A stretch of 64,000 nt of DNA from Candidatus Latescibacterota bacterium (GCA_963667175.2 CAXXXF010000016.1:192001-256000), one strand, 5' to 3'; positions 27,137 to 37,737 are shown, counted from the first letter of the stretch. The notes: generated by a model not told the origin, from the letters alone. Made by a program: numbers and translations.

Positions 27137-28918
27137 TTAGATCTCCTCGAGTTCGCGCGTCAGTTGCTGACGCCGGTGCATCGCGGCATAGATGCCGCCG
27201 TGGGAGATCAGTTCGGTGTGCGTGCCACGTTCCGCAATCGCGCCTTCATCCAGCACCACAATCTGATCCGCGTCCTGTACGGTTGAAATCCGGTGCGCAA
27301 TGATGATCGTGGTTCTGGACGCCATCACTTCGCGCAGGCGACTCAGGATCCGCTCTTCGGTCTGCGTATCGACGCTGGCGAGCGCGTCATCCAGGATCAG
27401 AATCTCCGGTCGACGGATCACCGCGCGGGCTAACGCCGTACGCTGCTTTTGACCCCCGGACAACGTGACGCCGCGCTCTCCGATCACCGTTTCGATTCCC
27501 AGCGGGAAACTCGCCAGATCGCTCGAAAGGCCGGCAACGTCGCAGGCCCACTGTACGTCGGCCTCGGTGGCCCCGTCGCTCCCCAGGCAGATGTTCTCCC
27601 GAAGTGCGTCCGAGAAGAGGAACGTGTCCTGCGGCACGAATCCGATGGACGCCCGGAGCGCCGCCAGAGGGACTTCGTCCACGGAGACGCCGTCGATCAG
27701 CACCGCGCCGTCCGTGGGCAGGATCAAGCGCGGGATCAGGCGGGCAAGGGTGGTCTTTCCGGAACCCACGCGTCCGACCACGGCCAGCGTCCTGCCCCTT
27801 GGAATATGCAGATTGATATTTTTCAGTACGGGCGCACCGTTGTACGCAAAGGTCAGATTCCGGAATTCGATCTCACCGCCGGGCGGTCCGATGCCTCTCA
27901 CGCGCGCAGAATCCTCGATCTCGGGTCTTGTCTCGAGGACTTCCTCAATCCGCTTCATGGATGCCAATCCCCGTTGGTACCGGTCGATCATCCATCCCAG
28001 GGTAATCATCGGGAAAATCAGTTTGGTCAGATACGCGTTGAATGCCACGAAATCCCCCAGCGTCAGCCGACCCTCAATCACATGAGTGCCGCCGATCCAG
28101 AGAATGACCGCCAGCGATGCTCCGCTGATGAGAAAGGTCAACGGAAAAAGAAGGCTTTGAATACGAATCAGCCTGCCGTTTTTGACCAGATAGTCCCGGC
28201 TCAATTCGTCAAACGCATCCATCTCCGCCCCGCGCTGAGCGAATGCCTTTACCACCCGGATGCCGGACAGGTTCTCCTGAACACGGGCGCTGATCCGCGA
28301 GAACTGTTCCTGTACGGACCGGAACCCGTGGTGAACCCGGCCCGCCAGGCGGTTCATTACCAAAGCCATCAGGGGCATCGGGACGACGGCAAGCATTGCG
28401 AGTTTCCAGTCGATCCAGCACATGACCAGCATACTCAGGGTCAGTCCCAGCACCGCGCCAAATAACATGCGCACGCCGAATCCAAGAAACATCCGGACGG
28501 CGTTCACGTCGTTCGTGGCCCGGGAAATCAGGTCTCCCGTCGGCGTCTGATGAAAATAGCTCAGAGACAGCCGCAACAGCGCCTTGAAATAATCCCGTCG
28601 AATGTCATACTCGACGAGGCGCGATACACTGTTCAGGCGCCAGCGCATGCCCATTTCCAGCCCCATCTGCGCGAGCGCAAGACCGACGATCAGCAGTACC
28701 CAGAAGAGAACCTGACCGCCGACGCCAACCCCCGAAAGGTCGACGCCGGGGGGCGTGCCGTCCAACCACTCCTTGACCAGATCGACCGCCTCTTTCAACG
28801 CGAGCGGGATCGCGCTCGACGCCAGTTGCGCGATCGACAACAGCAGCAGCCCCAGCAGGATCCGGTTCCTGTAGGGTCTCAGGTACTTCCGGAAAGGTCC
28901 GAAGGGATTAAGCGTCAT
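27137..28918 (-). CDS. ABC exporter TMD-NBD half transporter (subunit A, degenerate Walker B)
   Basis: GRVGSGKTT, LSGGQKQR, LDDALASVD; typical heterodimeric MdlAB/YheIH-like pair. Confidence 0.93.
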   Translation of the reverse strand: MTLNPFGPFRKYLRPYRNRILLGLLLLSIAQLASSAIPLALKEAVDLVKEWLDGTPPGVDLSGVGVGGQVLFWVLLIVGLALAQMGLEMGMRWRLNSVSRLVEYDIRRDYFKALLRLSLSYFHQTPTGDLISRATNDVNAVRMFLGFGVRMLFGAVLGLTLSMLVMCWIDWKLAMLAVVPMPLMALVMNRLAGRVHHGFRSVQEQFSRISARVQENLSGIRVVKAFAQRGAEMDAFDELSRDYLVKNGRLIRIQSLLFPLTFLISGASLAVILWIGGTHVIEGRLTLGDFVAFNAYLTKLIFPMITLGWMIDRYQRGLASMKRIEEVLETRPEIEDSARVRGIGPPGGEIEFRNLTFAYNGAPVLKNINLHIPRGRTLAVVGRVGSGKTTLARLIPRLILPTDGAVLIDGVSVDEVPLAALRASIGFVPQDTFLFSDALRENICLGSDGATEADVQWACDVAGLSSDLASFPLGIETVIGERGVTLSGGQKQRTALARAVIRRPEILILDDALASVDTQTEERILSRLREVMASRTTIIIAHRISTVQDADQIVVLDEGAIAERGTHTELISHGGIYAAMHRRQQLTRELEEI

Positions 28919-28958
28919 TCAGGTTACCTGTCACAAGAATATCTCACGATTCGGCATT

Positions 28959-29276
28959 CTATACGTCGGCGTGCCACCGGTAAACGTCCAGATCCACTTT
29001 TCCGTTCACAAAGGCCACGCCTTCGGCCTCAAGGAGCCTTTCCTGGACCAGATGCGCCTTCCTGGCGCCCGTGCGGATCGACACGGTGCCCCGTGCGTTA
29101 ATCACCCGGTGCCAAGGGCATCTTGTGCCTGCCGGCAATGCCTTCAGCGCCTGCCCCACCTGCCTGGGACCCACGCCTGCAATATCCGCAATCTGGCCGT
29201 AGGTGGCCACCGTCCCCGCGGGAATCCTGGCGACCACGCGATAAATCTTCCGAAACGTGCGCTCGAATTCCGGCAT
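28959..29276 (-). CDS. Alkyltransferase-like (ATL/MGMT family) protein
   Basis: IPAGTVATYGQIA, PRQVG, PWHRVIN (Trp in place of catalytic Cys), LEAEGV. Confidence 0.9.
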   Translation of the reverse strand: MPEFERTFRKIYRVVARIPAGTVATYGQIADIAGVGPRQVGQALKALPAGTRCPWHRVINARGTVSIRTGARKAHLVQERLLEAEGVAFVNGKVDLDVYRWHADV

Positions 29277-29344
29277 TTGGCACACGACCCATTCAGAATC
29301 GGCGGCAGAGGCAGGATCCGATCTCCGTGTCGGGAACAGCCGGC

Positions 29345-30403
29345 CTACGGTCTCCGTCCACTGTGTTCCAGCAGCCAATCTTCCAGATATCGGGAGGGGT
29401 CCGGCTGCGACTCGCTTTCCTTGAAGAGCCGGACCGCGGCGTTGAGATCCTGTCCCAGCGTCCGGTATACGCGATCGAAGACGTCTACTTTCTCGTGGTA
29501 TGTCCGATAGGCCATCATCACGGCGTTATTCAGTCGCCTCTGAGGAAAGCTTGAATATGCGCCGGTTTTCAGGTCCAGCCGGAAAAAACGGCGCTTTGCA
29601 CGCTCGAATATGACCTCTCTCTCCTTCAGTTTCTCGTCATAAGTGCGTTCCGAGGCGTAGAGCGCCTGCAGTTCTTCCGCGACGTCATGCATGAATCGAT
29701 TGAACGTCCGTTCGTCGGACCTCCTGTCCAGCATGCGCCTCACGGCCGCTGCCTCCCGCCCGTGACGCTCCCGCATGAACTGCAACGCGCCGACCTCCCC
29801 CACAAAGGTTGCCAGACTCTCATTGAAGGAGACCTTGTCCGGAATCCACACCGTCGCGTGGGTCAGTTCGTGGATGACGAGTTCGGCCAGATCGCCATCA
29901 CCATATCGAAGCATCGTATTCAGGACCGGATCTTCAAACCAGCCCAGCGTACTGTAGGCGCCAACCGGCCGCAGCAATGTATCGAAGCCTCGCGCTTCCA
30001 GCCCGTCCCGATCCCTTTTCCCACGGTCCGGATCAAAATAACCCCGGTAGGGAAACCGTCCCACTACCGGGTACGTCCACTGAACGGGCTCAAGCCGGTC
30101 TCTGGCAGACGCGGTCAGTTGCCACGAAACCGGTCCTTCGCCGATATCGATGTAGCTGCGATAATTCCGGGACCGGGACAGCCCGATCCGTCTTTCCGCG
30201 AAGCGCCGCACCTCCTGGATGAATTCGAGCCGGTCCCGGACTTCCCGATCCAAATCCCGACTCGCCAGCATCTCCGAGATCGGCTGCCGGTTCCAGAGCA
30301 TTTCCGCCTGGCCGCGAACAAGGTGCCAATAGTACCCGAGTTCCAGGTTCAAGCCGCAAATCAGGGGAAGCAGAGCAATCGTGGCCGGGTGAGTCCGGCT
30401 CAT
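29345..30403 (-). CDS. Putative zinc aminopeptidase (DUF2265-like)
   Basis: PYRGYF, AYSTLGWFEDP, HELTH, FNESLATFV. Confidence 0.87.
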   Translation of the reverse strand: MSRTHPATIALLPLICGLNLELGYYWHLVRGQAEMLWNRQPISEMLASRDLDREVRDRLEFIQEVRRFAERRIGLSRSRNYRSYIDIGEGPVSWQLTASARDRLEPVQWTYPVVGRFPYRGYFDPDRGKRDRDGLEARGFDTLLRPVGAYSTLGWFEDPVLNTMLRYGDGDLAELVIHELTHATVWIPDKVSFNESLATFVGEVGALQFMRERHGREAAAVRRMLDRRSDERTFNRFMHDVAEELQALYASERTYDEKLKEREVIFERAKRRFFRLDLKTGAYSSFPQRRLNNAVMMAYRTYHEKVDVFDRVYRTLGQDLNAAVRLFKESESQPDPSRYLEDWLLEHSGRRP

Positions 30404-30993
30404 CTCGACCGTTCCGCATCCATGAAATAGTAACAGATGATGTGCTGCAGCACCATGTGCATGTCCTCAACCCTCCCCATGTGGTCGGACTCCACGACGA
30501 TGCACTTTCGCGCCACGTCTTTCAACTTTCCGCCGCCGAACCCGGCGAAACCGACCGTATGGCAGCCCAGGCGGTTTGCAAAACGCACGGCACGGAGTAC
30601 GTTTTCAGAGTTCCCGCTCCCGCTGATGGCCAGCAATACGTCCCCTGGTTCCGCGAAGTTTTTCATCTGTTCCACAAACACGTCGGCGTAACTCAGGTCG
30701 TTGCTCAACGCCGTCATCCACTCCACGTTGTCCGTCAGTGGAATCACCTTGAAGCGGGGCTCCCGGCCGACCGATGCCCCCTTTCCCAGATCGTTCACGA
30801 AATGGGAGGCGGTACTCGCGCTTCCACCGTTTCCTATGGCAAATATCCGCTTCCCCGAGTCCCGGGCGTCACGGATAAGCGTAACGACCGACGCGATGTG
30901 CCGGGGGTTCAATGATGCCAACAGCCTTTCGTTCTGCCGGATATAACTCGCGGCAAAGGATTCGATGGATTCCATGAGATTCCCCGAAGTCAC
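30400..30993 (-). CDS. SIS-domain phosphosugar isomerase (GmhA-like)
   Basis: GNGGSAS, ALSND, AISGSGNSENV, VEDMH. Confidence 0.88.
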   Translation of the reverse strand: MTSGNLMESIESFAASYIRQNERLLASLNPRHIASVVTLIRDARDSGKRIFAIGNGGSASTASHFVNDLGKGASVGREPRFKVIPLTDNVEWMTALSNDLSYADVFVEQMKNFAEPGDVLLAISGSGNSENVLRAVRFANRLGCHTVGFAGFGGGKLKDVARKCIVVESDHMGRVEDMHMVLQHIICYYFMDAERSR

Positions 30994-31057
30994 GACTCGC
31001 TCTCACGCTCCCCGCGGTCTGGTTTCTCTCCCAACGCCTTCCGGTCAGTCGCGTGCG

Positions 31058-31912
31058 TCATAACCCCGCCGCCCGCCACGCTTCGTCCAGCCCGCGATGG
31101 GTGACGCGAACCGCTTCTACCGCCGCCAATTCCCCTACCTTCCGACTGAAGGGCTCGGGGGTTACGGGTCCGGCGTACCCGATCTCTTTCAACGCTTTCA
31201 GGAAACCTGACAGGTCGATCACGCCGGTCTCGGACGGGAGCGCGCGCACGTGATCGACCTGATCCTCCACGGCAACGCCGGCAGGCGCGTCGTTCACGTG
31301 TACGTGGATGACGTCGGGAGGCGTGAGCCCCCTGAGATCGGCAAGCGTCCCCAGCGACGTGTGCCAGTGCCAGGAATCCAACAGCAATCCGGCGTTTCCG
31401 GTTCCGAGGACCTCGCAGAATCCCAGCATCCCGCCGATCGAATGGATGAATCCGTAGGTGCTGCCGACACGCTGGGTTCTCGGTCCGATGAACTCCAGTC
31501 CGAGGCTGCACCCGTGGTCCTTCAATACTTCACATACCGGCCGCATACGACCCAGGCACCTCGTGAACTGCTCACGAAAGGGACGCTCGTCGGAAGCGGG
31601 CGCAATCCACTGCGAGACCCGGCACGCGCCCACCGCCGCCCCGGCGGCGGCCAACCCGGGCAATACGCGCAGATCCCGCTCATAGTCCTCCCGGGGACCG
31701 TTCCAGGCCACGGGCAATCCCCAGGCGCCGATCTTCATGCCAGCCTCGGAAAACAACCCGGTGACGTGGTCCGATCCCTTGTCGCTCACGAGCCGCGCCA
31801 CCTCACGGATGTTGACGTCAAGGCCCTGAAACCCCCCGGAACTTGCATAAGACAGACCTTCCACCAGTGTCGCCCTGACCCCGATGGCGCCGGGCGACAG
31901 GCACTTGAACAT
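31058..31912 (-). CDS. Sugar phosphate isomerase/epimerase (TIM barrel)
   Basis: LGLEF, LLLDSWHW, HVHVND, GYAGPVTPEPF. Confidence 0.87.
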   Translation of the reverse strand: MFKCLSPGAIGVRATLVEGLSYASSGGFQGLDVNIREVARLVSDKGSDHVTGLFSEAGMKIGAWGLPVAWNGPREDYERDLRVLPGLAAAGAAVGACRVSQWIAPASDERPFREQFTRCLGRMRPVCEVLKDHGCSLGLEFIGPRTQRVGSTYGFIHSIGGMLGFCEVLGTGNAGLLLDSWHWHTSLGTLADLRGLTPPDVIHVHVNDAPAGVAVEDQVDHVRALPSETGVIDLSGFLKALKEIGYAGPVTPEPFSRKVGELAAVEAVRVTHRGLDEAWRAAGL

Positions 31913-32000
31913 GAGCTACCTCCGGTGATTGCTATCGATGGGGACGTGCGGGTTGTGGTGGGCAGGTCCGGTAAATCGCTCGATATTTCGAAAACCGCGG

Positions 32001-33098
32001 TCAAACCAGCGCCACCCCATGCGCCTTCAACGATTCAGGGTTCAATTCCACCCCGAGCCCGGGGCGCCGGCCGACGCGAATACGGCCGCCGACGATTTCT
32101 TCCGGCCGGAGGGTCAACTCGTTTCGCCATGGGATCTCGCCCCAGCCGTATTCCAGAATCAAGAACCCGGGGTGCGTCGCCATAACCTGCATTCCGGCGC
32201 TTACGGCAACCGGTCCGAACGGCCCGTGCGGCGCCGTGGGTACGCCGAATGCCGCCGCCATCTCCGCAATCGCTTTCAGTTCTGCGATTCCCCCCACAAC
32301 CGTCACGTCCGGCATGACCACGTCCATTGCCGTGTTTTCCAGGGCCTCCCTGAACCCGCCGCGCGACGTTCGCCCTTCGCCGCCGGCAGTGCGCAATCCG
32401 CAACGGCTGTTCACTTCGACGACGGCACTCATGTTGTCTTCTGAAACGGGTTGCTCGTACCAGAAAAGATCCAGGTCAGAAAGTGCTTCGGCCGTCTCCA
32501 GAGCGCCTTTGACCGTGAAGTGACTGTGACAGTCGACCAGCAGATCCACGTCGGGGCCGACCGCCTGGCGCACGGCGCGTACGCGGGCGATGCCCGGCCC
32601 GGCCTCCGCGACGGAGTCAAGTTTTCGAGGCATCCCGTCGAACGGCGCCAACTTGACCGCATCGAAACCCTCGGCGACTGCTCCGGCGGCGAGCGATGCA
32701 AACTTCCCCGGGCTTCGATCCGTCGATGCCCTGTTGATGTTGGCATACAAACGGACTTCCTCGCGGACCGGACCTCCCAGCAACGTGGAAACCGGTACGT
32801 CGAGCGCCTTTCCAAGAAGGTCCCACAGCGCTTGCTCCAACGCACTGACGGCACTGACCGTATCTCTGTTGCGGGCATCTCGCGTGAATGTATCGGAAAA
32901 TTTCCGGATCCGCCGTGGGTCCCGACCCCGCAACCACCCGGCCAGCTCCTTCACGGCCCGTACCCGTCCGGCGTAGTTCCTGCCGGCGCGCAATTCTCCG
33001 ATGCCCCGCAGGCCCGCGTCAGTATTGACGTATACAAACACCCAGTCGCCCAGGTGATTCACCCTGACGGCGACCAGATCGATCCCCGTAACCTTCAT
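32001..33098 (-). CDS. Mandelate racemase/galactonate dehydratase-like enolase-superfamily enzyme
   Basis: SALEQALWDLLGK, GFDAVK, LVDCH, WYEQP, APH, PGLGVE. Confidence 0.9.
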   Translation of the reverse strand: MKVTGIDLVAVRVNHLGDWVFVYVNTDAGLRGIGELRAGRNYAGRVRAVKELAGWLRGRDPRRIRKFSDTFTRDARNRDTVSAVSALEQALWDLLGKALDVPVSTLLGGPVREEVRLYANINRASTDRSPGKFASLAAGAVAEGFDAVKLAPFDGMPRKLDSVAEAGPGIARVRAVRQAVGPDVDLLVDCHSHFTVKGALETAEALSDLDLFWYEQPVSEDNMSAVVEVNSRCGLRTAGGEGRTSRGGFREALENTAMDVVMPDVTVVGGIAELKAIAEMAAAFGVPTAPHGPFGPVAVSAGMQVMATHPGFLILEYGWGEIPWRNELTLRPEEIVGGRIRVGRRPGLGVELNPESLKAHGVALV

Positions 33099-33107
33099 CC
33101 GAAAGGC

Positions 33108-34175
33108 CTATGCTCCGTAGACTTCCGCGACGCGCGATGCGATCCCGCGCCAGTCCAGTGATCTTGCGCGCGTGAACGCGGCGCGTCCCGCCTTGTCGAG
33201 GTCGCGCCCTCTGACGTCGAGCAACGCTTTTGTCAAAGCCGTGCTATCTTTCGGATCGTACAATATGCCCATCGATTCGTCGACCAGCTCCGGCAGACAT
33301 CCGATCGCCGGCACGATGACGGGTTTTCCGAACGAAAGTGCCGCGATTGCGGACCCGGACGTCAGCACCTGTGAAAACGGCAGCACGACAACGTCCGCGG
33401 CGTTCAGGTAGATCTGAAAATCTTCATTCGGAAAGAAACTGTGCGTGAAAACGAGAATGCGTTCATCCGTTTCCGCCAGAGAGACGATCCGGTCGGCGTA
33501 ACTTCCATCGAAGGCCCTTCGCGTCATGATGGCCAGCCGCGTGTCGGCCGCCGCGCATTCACGATAGACCTCGATCAGCTTTTCAATGCCCTTGTATGCC
33601 CTCGCGTTTCCGAAATAGAGATAGACAAACGCGTCCTCCGGCAGGCGCAACCGGCGCCGGGCCGCCTCGCGCGATAGTTCATTCGGAAAGACGTCGATAT
33701 AATGGCCGTGCGGGATGACGTGGAGGGGGCCTGTACGGTAGAAGCGCCTGCGCGCAAGACCGGCGCCGTAGTGGCAGTGCGCAATCATCCCGTCGGCCGT
33801 CCGCGCCACGATCAGACGCGCCAGATGATCCAGATCCGGAAACGGGCGCTCGTGTGGATACCGGTTGTGCAACGTCCACACGATCCGGTACCCCAGTTCG
33901 CTGGCATAGTGAAGATTGTCCGCGAAACGATTGAGTCGGCAGACGGATTGCGCCAGGGTGTCATCCCGGTAGAACCAGTGAAGCCAATTCAGATGCAGTA
34001 CGGAGACATCGCTTCGTGCGTCTTTCAGCCAGTCCCGCCGAAACGCGTAGTCCCCCGGTTCGAGGTGGATGTCCAGCCTGGAAAGTTCGTGAGCAAGCAG
34101 GGGCCCGTAGGGATTGCATCTGTCCTGAAGTGCCAGACCCCCGGCTGCGGCTTCCCAGAAAAAGAAAGCCCGCAT
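33108..34175 (-). CDS. Glycosyltransferase family 4
   Basis: NPY, VWTLHN, VIPHG, YKGIEKLI, TSGSAIAALSFGKPVI. Confidence 0.88.
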   Translation of the reverse strand: MRAFFFWEAAAGGLALQDRCNPYGPLLAHELSRLDIHLEPGDYAFRRDWLKDARSDVSVLHLNWLHWFYRDDTLAQSVCRLNRFADNLHYASELGYRIVWTLHNRYPHERPFPDLDHLARLIVARTADGMIAHCHYGAGLARRRFYRTGPLHVIPHGHYIDVFPNELSREAARRRLRLPEDAFVYLYFGNARAYKGIEKLIEVYRECAAADTRLAIMTRRAFDGSYADRIVSLAETDERILVFTHSFFPNEDFQIYLNAADVVVLPFSQVLTSGSAIAALSFGKPVIVPAIGCLPELVDESMGILYDPKDSTALTKALLDVRGRDLDKAGRAAFTRARSLDWRGIASRVAEVYGA

Positions 34176-34233
34176 CGTTCAATATCCCTTGCGCTTGTCG
34201 ATCACGCTCAGCAGCGGCCGCCCGCCGGGCCGT

Positions 34234-35481
34234 TCAGAACACCTCTTCGGCGGACCTGCGAACGGCGGCCGCGAGCGCGTCGATTTTTTCTTCCGGAAAC
34301 CAGGGATTCACGGTGGTCAGGAGGAGAACCCGCTGGAGCAGATCCTCCGTGCGGGGGCACAGACCCGGGCCGTATGTAACCTCGCCGTCGTACACAGGCG
34401 ACTTCCAGGGATTCGAGTGTGGGGAAGCCGTGGCCTGGTTCCGGATGGGGGGTCCCATGTATACCGGCTTCCCACCGTATCCGAGACCGGCCGAATACCC
34501 GCGGTCCCTCATCGCCTTCGCAAACCGCGCGCATGTGTGTCGGTCTTCGAAGACGAGATCCCAGTGTACGCCGAGGTGGCCGGCTTCGTCGTTTGCCGGC
34601 CGGATATTCACCCCGGGCACGCCGGCTACCGCCTCCCGGAACCTGCGGAACTTGCCGCGCAGGGCTTCGACGACGTCATCCATTTTCTGCAGCTGCGAGA
34701 GCGCAACCGCCCCGGACATCTCGGGCATGCGGAAGTTCTCGCCCACGAACGGCTCCAGAGTCGGCTCGAATCCGGGAAATCGCGTCTTTTCCCGAAACAG
34801 CCCCTGGTCGTGGTAGCGCACGGCGCGTTCGTAGAGTTCCGCATTGTCGGACAACACCACACCGCCTTCTCCCGACGTGATAATCTTGCCGAATTGCAGG
34901 CTGAACGCGCCCAGATCGCCCCAGGTCCCTATGGCTCTTCCGTTGAACGTCGCGCCCGCGCTCTGGGAGCAATCTTCGATCACTCTCAATCCATGCCTCG
35001 CCGCGACCTCCACAATGCCATCCATCCTGCACGGCGTGCCCCACAGGTGCACCGGCAGAATCGCCTTTGTCCTCGGCGTGATTCTTTCTTCGATGGCATC
35101 CGGGTCCAGTGTCATCGACCGGTCGACTTCGGCAAAGATCGGCACGCCCCCAAGGAGGACGACGGCCCCCGGCGTGGCGACAAAGGTGACCGGCGGCATG
35201 ATGACCTCGTCACCGGGACCGACGCCCGCGGCAACCAGGGCGACCTTGATTGCGGCAGTCCCGGACGTGACCGCCAGGGCGTACGCCGAATCCATCTTCC
35301 GGGCAAAGCCCTGCTCGAAACGCGCGACCATATCCAGACGGTCGGGCCCGTAGTCCCTCGAAAGCGATCGACTCTTTATGACTGCCAGAACTTCCTGCAC
35401 CTCCTCGTCGTCGAGTACGGACGCCCCGGCGTGGAGGCTCCGGACCGGACTGTCCGGAGGTAATGCCCTTCGATTTGCCAT
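34234..35481 (-). CDS. DegT/DnrJ/EryC1/StrS family aminotransferase
   Basis: SGTAA, GPGDEVI, IEDCSQS, FSLQFGKIITSGEGG. Confidence 0.93.
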   Translation of the reverse strand: MANRRALPPDSPVRSLHAGASVLDDEEVQEVLAVIKSRSLSRDYGPDRLDMVARFEQGFARKMDSAYALAVTSGTAAIKVALVAAGVGPGDEVIMPPVTFVATPGAVVLLGGVPIFAEVDRSMTLDPDAIEERITPRTKAILPVHLWGTPCRMDGIVEVAARHGLRVIEDCSQSAGATFNGRAIGTWGDLGAFSLQFGKIITSGEGGVVLSDNAELYERAVRYHDQGLFREKTRFPGFEPTLEPFVGENFRMPEMSGAVALSQLQKMDDVVEALRGKFRRFREAVAGVPGVNIRPANDEAGHLGVHWDLVFEDRHTCARFAKAMRDRGYSAGLGYGGKPVYMGPPIRNQATASPHSNPWKSPVYDGEVTYGPGLCPRTEDLLQRVLLLTTVNPWFPEEKIDALAAAVRRSAEEVF

Positions 35482-35569
35482 CCCGATTTCTCCCTTGCGT
35501 CAGGCCGGCCAGGCAGGCTTCAGAAAATCCCCGGTTTATCGAATCCGATCCGGAAGCGCGTGAATAAGG

Positions 35570-36235
35570 CTAGCGCGTACGGGCGGGACCCGCCGTCACG
35601 ACGGAAACCGCGAGCCACCCTCCTACCGGAATGATATTCGAAACCAGCCGCGGATGTTCCGCCACACGCCTGTTGTATTCCTGGATCCCTCGCCTGCCGT
35701 CGCCGGGTTCCAGCGCTTCGTGTGCGTGGCCGTGACCATTGGCGTTGTCGGCCACGATCAGGCCGCCGACCCTCGTATTCTCCAGCGCAAAGTCCAGATA
35801 CGCCGGATAGTTTTCCTTGTCGGCATCGATAAAAACAAGATCGAACGGTCCGTCCCCGACAAGCTCTTCCATCCGTTCCACGCCTTTTCCGGTGCGAACT
35901 TCCGTCCGGTCCGTCAATCCCGCGGCGTCGAGATTCGCGCGGGTCACGTCGGCGTGCTTCGGGTCCACCTCGACGGAGACGAAGCGCCCGTCGTCCGGCA
36001 GCGCGCGCGCCAGCCAGATCCCGGAATAGCCGGCAAGGGCGCCGAATTCCAGGATTTTCTTCGCGCCGATGGCTTTCGCCAGGAGATAGAGCGTCTTGCC
36101 CGATTCCGGACTGATTGAGATTGACGGAAGCCCCTGCCTTACCGCACGGGGCATGACGCCTCTCAACACGTCGTCTTCCCGCGCGAAGACTTCACGCCGA
36201 TAGGTCTCCAGGTCCGGATAGGTCGATTCCGCCAT
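35570..36235 (-). CDS. O-methyltransferase (caffeoyl-CoA OMT type)
   Basis: ILEFGALAGYS, FDLVFIDADKENY, IVADN. Confidence 0.92.
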   Translation of the reverse strand: MAESTYPDLETYRREVFAREDDVLRGVMPRAVRQGLPSISISPESGKTLYLLAKAIGAKKILEFGALAGYSGIWLARALPDDGRFVSVEVDPKHADVTRANLDAAGLTDRTEVRTGKGVERMEELVGDGPFDLVFIDADKENYPAYLDFALENTRVGGLIVADNANGHGHAHEALEPGDGRRGIQEYNRRVAEHPRLVSNIIPVGGWLAVSVVTAGPARTR

Positions 36236-36256
36236 CTGGCATTCCCCGGATTTAAG

Positions 36257-36579
36257 AGTCCGTTGAAAAAGTCGCTCTGCAGGCGAGGCATGGTGTCCCG
36301 TCCCGGAAATATGTCACCATTCATCCGCCGATTCATCCCGTCTGGCGGCGTTGCCTTCGCTCGGTGACCTTGCGCAGGTCGCCTCGCTCAAGCGCCTTGC
36401 CAGCCAGGCGACTCGACGGTCGAATTTCAGCGATCTATTTCCGGGACAGAACACTTGTCATTGTGGCCGATGACAAGGCGCGCGACCAACGCGAATCCCT
36501 GGATTCGGGGAGGGAGCGCAACGACGTAATTCGGTCACAAGAGCCGGTCGCAGCCCGGATGGACTTTACCAACGGGCTG
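36257..36579. mobile_element. Family A element interrupted by a second element
   Basis: Same TIRs and body as 16858-17035, with a 162-bp insert. Confidence 0.85.
36293..36454. mobile_element. Nested miniature inverted-repeat element (family B)
   Basis: 19-bp TIRs GTGTCCCGTCCCGGAAATA / TATTTCCGGGACAGAACAC (2 mismatches); absent from other family A copies. Confidence 0.8.
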
Positions 36580-36590
36580 CGAACGCGCCA

Positions 36591-37598
36591 TCACAGAGAA
36601 TTGACCTCCGCCCTTCTCATGAAAGCGCCAAAATCAACAACGCACCCTTCATCCGACGCCGCGCCGAGTCCCTCCACCAGGCCCACGGTCGGCAGATTCC
36701 GGTGTCCACCGAAATCCGGCTCGGCGCCTTCGGACACGTACTGGTGGAACCCGTCCAGCAGGACCTCTTCCGGCGGCGGGGCCTGGTCCAGAGGAATGAC
36801 TTCGTCTTCGTCCGACCCCGGGGCGCGCAGGAGCAATCCGCTGTCCGTCAGTTCGAGTGCGCCGCCGTCCAATTCCAACCTCAGGGCCGATCCTCCCTTG
36901 TGCGCCGCAAACGTACAGAGGTAACCGCATGTGGCCCCGCCCTCGAATTCGACCCACGCGTGGACGCCTGCGCCGCCCTTATATGGACTCCACGGCGGAT
37001 TGAAGCTGTGCCCCCACATACGTACGGGATCCGCGTCGAACAGGAAACGGAGGGTGTCGAGATCGTGAATGCCTCGCTCCCAGAGGTACGCGTGTTCATC
37101 TTCACCCGAATGGTGAACGCGGGGTCTCCAGCTGTACTTGGTCATCAGGCCGAACACCGGACGTCCGTATTTACCCTCCTTTACAAGACGGTTGATCGTG
37201 ACGTGTGCAGCCGCGAATCTCGCATTCTGGCAGACGGCCACCCGAACGCCCACGTCGTCGGCTTCCCGGACCACCCGGCACGCGTCAACCAGGCTTTTCG
37301 TGAACGGCTTTTCGACGAGAACGTGTTTTCCCGCCCGGACCGCCTGCAGGCACTGTTCGGCGTGCAGCTGCGGAGGGGTAATAACAACCACGGCGTCGGC
37401 TTCGACGCTTTCCATCGCTTCTTCCAGAGACCGGTAACACGCGGCATCCGGCAACCCCGATTCCTCGCGGGCCGACCTCAGATTGTCTTCGTTCACGTCG
37501 ACGAGCGCCACGCTTTCGTAATCGGTTCGTTCCATCACGCGACGAACCGGCCATCTCCCCCTGCCCCCGACACCCAGGTGAATAAGACGTATTGCCAT
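36591..37598 (-). CDS. Gfo/Idh/MocA family oxidoreductase
   Basis: GVGGRG, HVLVEKP, IHDLD. Confidence 0.92.
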   Translation of the reverse strand: MAIRLIHLGVGGRGRWPVRRVMERTDYESVALVDVNEDNLRSAREESGLPDAACYRSLEEAMESVEADAVVVITPPQLHAEQCLQAVRAGKHVLVEKPFTKSLVDACRVVREADDVGVRVAVCQNARFAAAHVTINRLVKEGKYGRPVFGLMTKYSWRPRVHHSGEDEHAYLWERGIHDLDTLRFLFDADPVRMWGHSFNPPWSPYKGGAGVHAWVEFEGGATCGYLCTFAAHKGGSALRLELDGGALELTDSGLLLRAPGSDEDEVIPLDQAPPPEEVLLDGFHQYVSEGAEPDFGGHRNLPTVGLVEGLGAASDEGCVVDFGAFMRRAEVNSL

Positions 37599-37737
37599 TC
37601 CGCCTCCCCGGAGGTTTGATTCGACGGCTTACCCCGATGAATCTTCCGTTTCAGCACAATATAAGAAAACAGCCGGCACGCCGCACAACATTCCTTCGCC
37701 CCGTCTTCGCACTGACGTCAACGGACTGTTAATCCGG

